From contig JACVCS010000005.1 in the NCBI GenBank assembly GCA_016741915.1, forward strand, positions 1,385-65,384: a stretch of DNA of 64,000 bases, read 5' to 3'. The DNA is from Phycisphaerales bacterium. Its GTDB lineage: Bacteria > Planctomycetota > Phycisphaerae > Phycisphaerales > UBA1924. Shown here one piece after another: positions 26,564 through 32,731 of this stretch. A model generated the notes under the pieces. The model was not told the DNA's origin. It saw nothing but the letters and a program-made list of their open reading frames with translations, and made no database searches. Numbering within the stretch: the first letter of the stretch is position 1; each line of letters starts with the position of its first letter. Position numbers and translations under genes: made by a program.

Positions 26564-28519
26564 TTACCGTAGCGTTGGACGCGGCTCCTTGAGCAACTGT
26601 TCAAGCCGGTCGAGTCGGGCCTTCAGCTCGGTGTTCTCCGCGTCGCGTTTGGCCAGTTCGCTCTCGAACTTTGCCTGCTGCTGCTTGATCGCCTGGATCG
26701 CCACCGCGGTCAGGCGTGAGTAATCCATGCCCGTGACCTTGCCCTCGGCGTCGTAGAAGACCACCTCGGGGAATACCTTGGCGACTTCTTCAGCAACGAA
26801 GCCGATGTCGTGCTCGCGACCGGGGCGGTCCTTGGCGAAGTCGGGGTTCCAATCGAAGGAAACACCTTCGAGCTTCAAGAGCTTGTCGAGCGCGTCGGTT
26901 ATCGGCGCGACGTTGTGCTTGAAGCGGCCCGACGAAGGGACGGCGACGTTGTTCGCCAGCACGTTGCCCGCGACGGTGAGACGCTGGCTGGGCGAGGTGG
27001 TGCCGATGCCAACATTGCCGTTGGCGTCGATGAGCATTCGCGCAGCCCCGGCGGAGCGGTCGACGATCTGGAACGAGCCGTTGAGTTGGCTTCCCGGGGG
27101 CGAGTTCGTCGATGAGGATTGGATCGACCAGGTGCGAGCGGCGGCGTTGCCGCCAGTTGCCGGGCCGCCGGTGAGTGCGATCTGCGTGTCGGAGTTGGTA
27201 ACGAGGTGCAGCGGGAAGGTCGGCGTGATCGTTCCGAGGCCGATGTTTCCGTTGGGCAGGAAGGTCATGCGGACGGCGGCGGAGGTTCCGTCGCGGATCA
27301 AGAACGCACCGGCGAGTTCGGTGTTGCTGGGACCGGTCGAAACCAACTGCCAGGTGCGTCCGTCGATGGCACCGTTTCGAATCGCAAGCCAAGTGCCAAA
27401 GCCGGAGCCGCTGTCGAAGAGGACCTGATCGAAGGTGATTCCCGAAAAGACGTGGAGGTTCGCAGAGGGCGATGGGGTACCGATGCCGACGCGCCCGAGG
27501 CTATAACTGATCTGGTTTGTGCCGGCGTCCCATGGGCTGAAGGCGTTGCTGACGTTTGCGGGCACGCCGGTGATTCCCGTCCATGGGACCGAGTTGGCGG
27601 TTACGGCCGAAGTCGCCGTCGTGGCGATGCGTGCCTGCGGCGCGGGAGTCAGAGGCTGGCGGGGTGAAAGGGTGACGAACCCCGAGCCCGGGGGGCTTTC
27701 GACTTCGATCTGCAGCCACTGAGCGCGGTCGGTCTTCAACTGACGCCCGATGTCGACGCTGGCACTGAAGAGGCCGTTCTGCACCGCGACGGCGTTGACG
27801 GTGCTGATGTTCCCTATGCGCAGAGCTTCGGAAGTCGAGGTTGGGTTTTCCCACACGGAGAATCGGAAGTTCGCGGTGGAACTGCTCGGAGCGTTCTCGA
27901 GCTTGCCTTGGTAGGTGAACGCGTTGGACTGAGAAGTTGCCGCCGGCAAGAACTCGATCGACCAACCGCCGGTGATAACCAACGGATCTGCCGGTGCGAA
28001 CGAATCGGACACGAATAGCTGCCAGTTTCCGTTGGCCTGAGTGCCCGTCAATGATGAAAGCGTGGCGTTGTACGGACCGCCCGGTGCCGGTGACGGGGCT
28101 GAGAAGTTGACGGAGGAGGTGGTGAGATAAACCCCGGAAACAAAGTTCGTGGAGGTTGTTGCGGGGGCTGTCGTTGCCTCAGCGAAAAACGTGGCGGTGG
28201 TGTTGACGGCATCGCCGCTGCCGAAGTTTCCGTTCAGGAGCGCGATCGCCTGTCCACCCGGGCTGACGAGAACGATGCGAATATCAGAGCACCAGGTGTG
28301 GTTGATCCCGTTGATGGTCACCGCGACGCGTTGAACCGTGTTGCCCGCCAATGCCCCGCTGGGCACGGTGATCACACTTGGGTAGAGATTTGCGGTGGTT
28401 TCGTTGAGCGGCACGCTCAACGGGGTCGCGTTGGAAAATGTCTGCGCACGCGCGGACGATTGCGCCAGGACAAGCACGCTCGATGCGGCGATGATCGGCA
28501 GGAGAAGACGCTTCAGCAT
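26564..28519 (-). CDS. secreted fibre-like protein D: P-domain-like N-terminus, type-1 middle, S74-like C-terminus (type 1)
   Basis: Trimmed to ATG 28517-28519 (MLKRLLLPIIAASSVLVLAQSSARAQ). IVLVSPGGQAIAL...NGNWQLFVSDSFAPADPLVITGGWSIEF. AQWLQIEVESPPGSGFVTLSPRQ. The C-terminal ~120 aa are nearly identical to protein A. Confidence 0.8.
   Translation of the reverse strand: MLKRLLLPIIAASSVLVLAQSSARAQTFSNATPLSVPLNETTANLYPSVITVPSGALAGNTVQRVAVTINGINHTWCSDIRIVLVSPGGQAIALLNGNFGSGDAVNTTATFFAEATTAPATTSTNFVSGVYLTTSSVNFSAPSPAPGGPYNATLSSLTGTQANGNWQLFVSDSFAPADPLVITGGWSIEFLPAATSQSNAFTYQGKLENAPSSSTANFRFSVWENPTSTSEALRIGNISTVNAVAVQNGLFSASVDIGRQLKTDRAQWLQIEVESPPGSGFVTLSPRQPLTPAPQARIATTATSAVTANSVPWTGITGVPANVSNAFSPWDAGTNQISYSLGRVGIGTPSPSANLHVFSGITFDQVLFDSGSGFGTWLAIRNGAIDGRTWQLVSTGPSNTELAGAFLIRDGTSAAVRMTFLPNGNIGLGTITPTFPLHLVTNSDTQIALTGGPATGGNAAARTWSIQSSSTNSPPGSQLNGSFQIVDRSAGAARMLIDANGNVGIGTTSPSQRLTVAGNVLANNVAVPSSGRFKHNVAPITDALDKLLKLEGVSFDWNPDFAKDRPGREHDIGFVAEEVAKVFPEVVFYDAEGKVTGMDYSRLTAVAIQAIKQQQAKFESELAKRDAENTELKARLDRLEQLLKEPRPTLR
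26681..27038. repeat. partner copy of 20811..21168
   Basis: See 20811..21168. Confidence 0.85.
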
Positions 28520-28618
28520 GATCAAACTCCAGTTTTGAGACGAAGTACACACGGCAGACAGCATGGCAGAAACCGGCTTTCGCGACGCGGGGGTTGCGAT
28601 TCAGGCATTCGGCAAGAG

Positions 28619-30208
28619 TCATCGCCCTCCAATGAGCGTGAAGGAAAACGCCGAGTCGATCTGAGCGCCGCCGCCGTTCGCGCAGCGAACGTCGACGAGC
28701 CCGGAGCCGTCGGGATTCAACGCGCCGCTGGTGGTGGTGACGATGACATTGGAGCTGATGGCGTTGCCGGTAAATGTCGGGAAGTCGCTGAACCCGTTCG
28801 GGCCTGTCCACTGAATCCGGTACAAACCGACACCGGTCCGGCTGACGGTGAAGCCCGATCCGCCGGTGACGGTGCCCAGGGCGCTCACCGAGCCGCGCGT
28901 GATGCGGAGCGTCTCACCCGCGCCCACTGCGGAGTACTGGCTGGTGTTCCCGAAGCGGATGTTGCCGCGGACATCAAGGCGGGCCTGCGGCGTGGTGTTG
29001 CCGATGGCGACGTTGCCGACTTCGTCGATGCGCATCAGTTCGCTGTAGCTGGAGCCGAGAGAAGATTCGACGCCGAAGCGAAGTGCGTTGCCGTTGCTCC
29101 AGATGATTGAACCGGGAGAACCGGCGCCTTGCAGGCTGGCGTAAAGGAAGTTGGTGCCGTTGGTCAGGCCGATGGTGGGAAGGTTTGAAAGCGACGAAGG
29201 CGAAGCGACCTGCAGCGACATCGATGGTTTCAGCACGCCGATGCCCACGCGCGAGGGGGTGCTGACCGACGCGGCGCCGCCGACGGTTTGGAGCTGCGAG
29301 CTCCACCCGCCGGAAACCACCGGCGGGACGGTCAGCGGCTGCCGCGGTGTGAGCTTGACAAAACCGGAGCCGGCGGGAGATTCAATCTCGACCTCGAGCC
29401 ACAGGGCGCGGTCGCCCGGGAGTGACTTGCCGAAGTCGACGTTCGCTGTGAAGACCCCTTGGTTCACAGGAATGGCGGAAACGGAGAGCGGCCCCAGCAG
29501 GCGCATCGCGCTGTTGCTGTTCGATGCCGACTGCCAGACCGAGAAGCGGGCGTTGATCGGGCCCGTCACGCCCGGGTTGAGCTTGCCCTGGTACGTGAAG
29601 GCGGTGGGAGTCGGCGTGGGGTCATCAAAGAACTCCAGTTCCCACCCGCCGGTGATGCTCAACGGGTCCGCGGCGGAGAATGAATCGGCAACATAGAGGC
29701 TCCAGAATCCGTTGCTGGCGACGCCGCTCAACGCGGCAAGCGTGCCTGTATACGGCCCGGCGGGCGCGGGCGCGATGAACGTGGAGATTCCATTCGGGTT
29801 CGGCACGTACGCACCCGAAGGCAGGTTGCTCCCGGGTTCAGGAATGGCCGCAGGTGCCTCGGCGAAGAATGTGACGGTGGCGTTGTTTGCATCGCCCGCA
29901 CCCGTGTTGTTTGCCAGCAGTTGGATCGGAGCGCCCACCGGCGGCACCAGCAGAATCTGTGCGTCGGCGAGCCACGTGTGGTTGAACCCCTTGATCGTCA
30001 CGGCGACCCGACGCACGACATTGCCGCTGACTCCGTTGAGCGGCACGTTGATCACGCTGGGGTAGAGCGAAGGGTAGTTTGTGCCGGGCGGACAGGTGAT
30101 CGCGCCGGTGTTGGAAAAGACCTGCGCGTGCGACGATGTTGCGAGCCCGAGGCACGAGGTCACGCAGGCGATGAACGAAGCACAGAAGGTGGCGAGCGGG
30201 TCTCTCAT
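28619..30208 (-). CDS. secreted fibre-like protein E: P-domain-like N-terminus, FTYQG module, distinct C-terminus without S74 domain
   Basis: 529 aa. Signal peptide CVTSCLGLATSSHAQ. ILLVPPVGAPIQL...NGFWSLYVADSFSAADPLSITGGWELEF. FTYQGKL...ALWLEVEIESPAGSGFVKLTPRQ. It ends in a different beta-rich domain (...GLYRIQWTGPNGFSDFPTFTGNAI...SFTLIGGR). Confidence 0.8.
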   Translation of the reverse strand: MRDPLATFCASFIACVTSCLGLATSSHAQVFSNTGAITCPPGTNYPSLYPSVINVPLNGVSGNVVRRVAVTIKGFNHTWLADAQILLVPPVGAPIQLLANNTGAGDANNATVTFFAEAPAAIPEPGSNLPSGAYVPNPNGISTFIAPAPAGPYTGTLAALSGVASNGFWSLYVADSFSAADPLSITGGWELEFFDDPTPTPTAFTYQGKLNPGVTGPINARFSVWQSASNSNSAMRLLGPLSVSAIPVNQGVFTANVDFGKSLPGDRALWLEVEIESPAGSGFVKLTPRQPLTVPPVVSGGWSSQLQTVGGAASVSTPSRVGIGVLKPSMSLQVASPSSLSNLPTIGLTNGTNFLYASLQGAGSPGSIIWSNGNALRFGVESSLGSSYSELMRIDEVGNVAIGNTTPQARLDVRGNIRFGNTSQYSAVGAGETLRITRGSVSALGTVTGGSGFTVSRTGVGLYRIQWTGPNGFSDFPTFTGNAISSNVIVTTTSGALNPDGSGLVDVRCANGGGAQIDSAFSFTLIGGR

Positions 30209-30253
30209 GGTCTTCTCCCTCTGCGGGCGTGATTGGTCGTCTTGAACGGCGGA

Positions 30254-31585
30254 TCAGCGGGGTGATGCGGGCGTGTTTGGGCGGGGTGATTCGTCGGTGG
30301 CGTGTGCAAGCACGGCGCGGGCGGGCACTTGTGCGCCGCACTCGGGGCAGAGCTGTGAAGTCAGGCCCGTCAGGTCGTAGCGGCAGTTGGTGCAGAGGTT
30401 TTCGGCGAAGAAGCGGGCCTTGAGCGAAGGGCGGCTGCCGATGCTGTAGAGCGGAAACAGGAAGAGCGTTAGGGCCGCCAAGAGGAACATCACCGGCGCC
30501 GGACCGAAGAAGAGCGACGTGCCCACGGTGATGTCGAAGGCGAGATCGATGCCCACGCCCGAGAGTGTCCAGCCCGACAGGCGGCGAAGATCGAGCTTGA
30601 GGATGCGCCAACCGATGAACGCCCAGACGAGCGCCCGCTCGGCCAGCAGCACCGCCCAGGATTCGTAGAGTCGATCGGCCTTGCCGTCGGTTGCGTTCAT
30701 CACCAGCCACGCGACGTACAGCAGGCCGATCCCAACCACCGCGCGGGCGATGGCGATGGAGACCGCTGAGCCGCGCGACAACGGCTCGGGCGTGCCCACG
30801 CGGTAGCGGAACGCGAGGATGAAGAAGACGTACGTGATCGGCTTGACGAGCAGCAGCAGCGGCAACGCAACCCCCACACCGAGGTTGTCGAAGGCCGGGC
30901 CGCACGCCAGGAACACGGTGGTCATAGCTCGAGAGTCCAGACCGGGAAACGAACGAACGAGGAACCAACGCCGCGCCGGTCCTTCGCCAACGCGAGCCCG
31001 AGCGGCGCGGGTTGAGCCGAGCGAAGCGCGGGGGGACAGATCACGGAACCGAGGCTCGGTGGGCACACCAGCGGTGGAAGGACCGCCTTCAGAGCATACC
31101 ACATCGCGGCCCGAAATCCGGGGCAATGTGCACCAACCCGTCTCTTCGTCGCGCGGTGTGTGTGAAGCTGGGCTGATTGACCCGCTCGATGGCACGAGCG
31201 ATCGCGCATACGTTCGGCGAATGACGATCCCACCTCCATCGACCAAGGGGAAGCCCTCGTTTCTGGACACCCAGTCGTCCGTGGTGGCGAGGCACTGCCG
31301 CTTCGTGACGGCCCGGAGCGCCGCGTTGACGAACTTTCCTTCGGCGGGGAGATCCCACGCCTCGGTGTCGAGCCTCGCGCGCACCCACACGCCGGGCCCG
31401 AGGATGTCGTTGTCGGTGCGCCAGCGCAGCAGGTGGAACCACACGCTGGGCCCGCGGCGGTCGATCAGCGCACTCGGCGATGACCGCGCCACGATGCCGC
31501 ACATCGTGCACGTGGTGTGCGGCCAAGGCTCGACGGGCTCCGCGCGCCACGGATCGGGCGCGGCGGGCGGATTCCGCGGCGGCAT
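30254..31585 (-). CDS. polytopic membrane protein with C-terminal CxxC...CPECG zinc ribbon, possibly with a soluble N-terminal domain
   Basis: The secure part is 30254..30925 (ATG 30923-30925). It reads MTTVFLACGPAF..., has 5-6 TM helices, and ends in CTNCRYDLTGLTSQLCPECGAQV (nt ~30333-30394). The same frame is open and has high GC3 upstream to ATG 31583-31585 (MPPRNPP...CTMCGIV...WFHLLRWRTDNDILGPGVWVRARL...GFPLVDGGGIVIRR), so one 443-aa protein is plausible. The stop lies 46 nt before fibre gene E. Confidence 0.55.
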   Translation of the reverse strand: MPPRNPPAAPDPWRAEPVEPWPHTTCTMCGIVARSSPSALIDRRGPSVWFHLLRWRTDNDILGPGVWVRARLDTEAWDLPAEGKFVNAALRAVTKRQCLATTDDWVSRNEGFPLVDGGGIVIRRTYARSLVPSSGSISPASHTPRDEETGWCTLPRISGRDVVCSEGGPSTAGVPTEPRFRDLSPRASLGSTRAARARVGEGPARRWFLVRSFPGLDSRAMTTVFLACGPAFDNLGVGVALPLLLLVKPITYVFFILAFRYRVGTPEPLSRGSAVSIAIARAVVGIGLLYVAWLVMNATDGKADRLYESWAVLLAERALVWAFIGWRILKLDLRRLSGWTLSGVGIDLAFDITVGTSLFFGPAPVMFLLAALTLFLFPLYSIGSRPSLKARFFAENLCTNCRYDLTGLTSQLCPECGAQVPARAVLAHATDESPRPNTPASPR

Positions 31586-31693
31586 CGGGCTCCGATCGAC
31601 GAGGGTTTGCGCAAGGGCCCTGCGGCGTGCGCGGGGCACGGCGTGCGAGTCTGCCGGCCCGCGGTGAACGTGTGCAGACCGGGCACGGCGTGT

Positions 31694-31972
31694 TCAGTGC
31701 GTGAAGTTCGCGTGCGGGCCGGCGGCGGCGGCGGCGGAGCGGTCGATGATCGGGCCGTCGACGTTGTTGGCGGCGATCTCGATGCCAGGCGTGTTGGCGG
31801 CGTTGACGGCGGTGCGCAGCCCGATCTCGGCGAGGGCTTTTTGGGTCGAAGCCGCCGGCCCCAGCGGCGGAGACAACGGCCCGGCCAGGGCGGTGCTCTG
31901 AACCATCACCGCGGCGAGGATCAGCGCCGCCGCGGCGCACGCGGTGCGCACGGTGGCACGGCGGAGGCTCAC
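31694..31972 (-). CDS. small secreted protein, possibly a truncated N-terminal fragment of a larger surface protein
   Basis: GTG 31970-31972. Signal peptide (M)SLRRATVRTACAAAALILAAVMVQSTALA|GPLSPPLGPAASTQKALAEIGLRTAVNAANTPG... Third-codon positions are almost all G/C. It stops after about 60 mature residues. Confidence 0.4.
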   Translation of the reverse strand: MSLRRATVRTACAAAALILAAVMVQSTALAGPLSPPLGPAASTQKALAEIGLRTAVNAANTPGIEIAANNVDGPIIDRSAAAAAGPHANFTH

Positions 31973-32259
31973 CGCACCGGAACGCGGCGAGGGCTCGGCG
32001 GGGTTCGTCGGATGCTTGCGGTTCAGCGTCGAACGGTCGGTGCGGGTGCTCGTGCCGAGAATCGACCACGCACAAGCGGAACTGGCCACTGGGCACGGGC
32101 GGCCCTCCAGCGGCCGTGCCCCGATCGGCACGGCGGCGGCCCGCACGCCGGCGCTCGCGCGGCGGAGGGTCGACAAAGCACCGCCCGCGCCGGCGTACGC
32201 GGGGCGCACGCGGCCGAACCGAACGCACGCCCACGCCAGCGCCGCACAGGTCCACACGA

Positions 32260-32574
32260 ACGCAACGCACGTGCAGACCACCGTCAGAAAAGTCTGGGCC
32301 AACGTCAGAAAAGTCTTGACGAATGTGAGGAAAGTCCTGACGAACGTGAGAAAAGTCTTGGCAAACGTGAGAAAAGTCTTGGCAAACGCCAGAAAAGTTC
32401 ACACCAACGCCACGTTCCATCACACCAACGCCGCATTCCATCACAGGAACGGAGCATTCCTTCAGACAAACGCGACGTTCGATCACACAAACGCGACGTT
32501 CCATCACACCAACGCGGCATTCCATCACACCAACGCGGCATTTCTTCAGGCCTACGCAGCGTTTGGTTCGGCGA
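32260..32574 (+). repeat. tandem array of 15 head-to-tail 21-bp units in two subfamilies (plus ~2 degenerate units from ~32218)
   Basis: The units read from the sequence are as follows. One unit ACGCAACGCACGTGCAGACCA. Six A-type units (consensus ACGTGAGAAAAGTCTTGGCAA, 32281-32406). Seven B-type units (consensus ACGCGACGTTCCATCACACCA, 32407-32553). One decayed unit (32554-32574). The period is exactly 21 bp throughout. Confidence 0.9.
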
Positions 32575-32731
32575 TTAACGCGCGGGCATTGATTTCGACG
32601 TGTAAAGACCACTTTTATTGGGCGAGAGCCCGGGCGAAACTGCCCTCTGAATCGACTTCAATCGTACGATTCTGCTTGCTGCTTGCATTCGGCTGAAACA
32701 TGAAATCAGCACACCGCTCCTCTGTCGGGTT

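Noticed and set aside
20691-30208. Diversity-generating retroelement acting on the fibre genes (template and variable repeat pairs)
   Set aside because: No reverse transcriptase gene is present in the window. The mismatches between repeat partners that I could read involve all four bases (a/t, t/c, g/t, c/g, g/a) rather than adenine-specific substitutions.
20691-31585. Fibre cluster as part of a prophage or tailocin
   Set aside because: No capsid, portal, terminase, sheath, tube, baseplate, lysis or integrase genes and no att-like repeats flank it. The flanks are ogt/rpmE on one side and the repeat array and KAP island on the other. It is kept as a cellular cluster, with the caveat stated in the finding.
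32260-32574. Possible CRISPR array
   Set aside because: The units are contiguous with no spacers, the period is only 21 bp, the units fall into two diverged subfamilies, and there are no cas genes. It is a plain tandem repeat.
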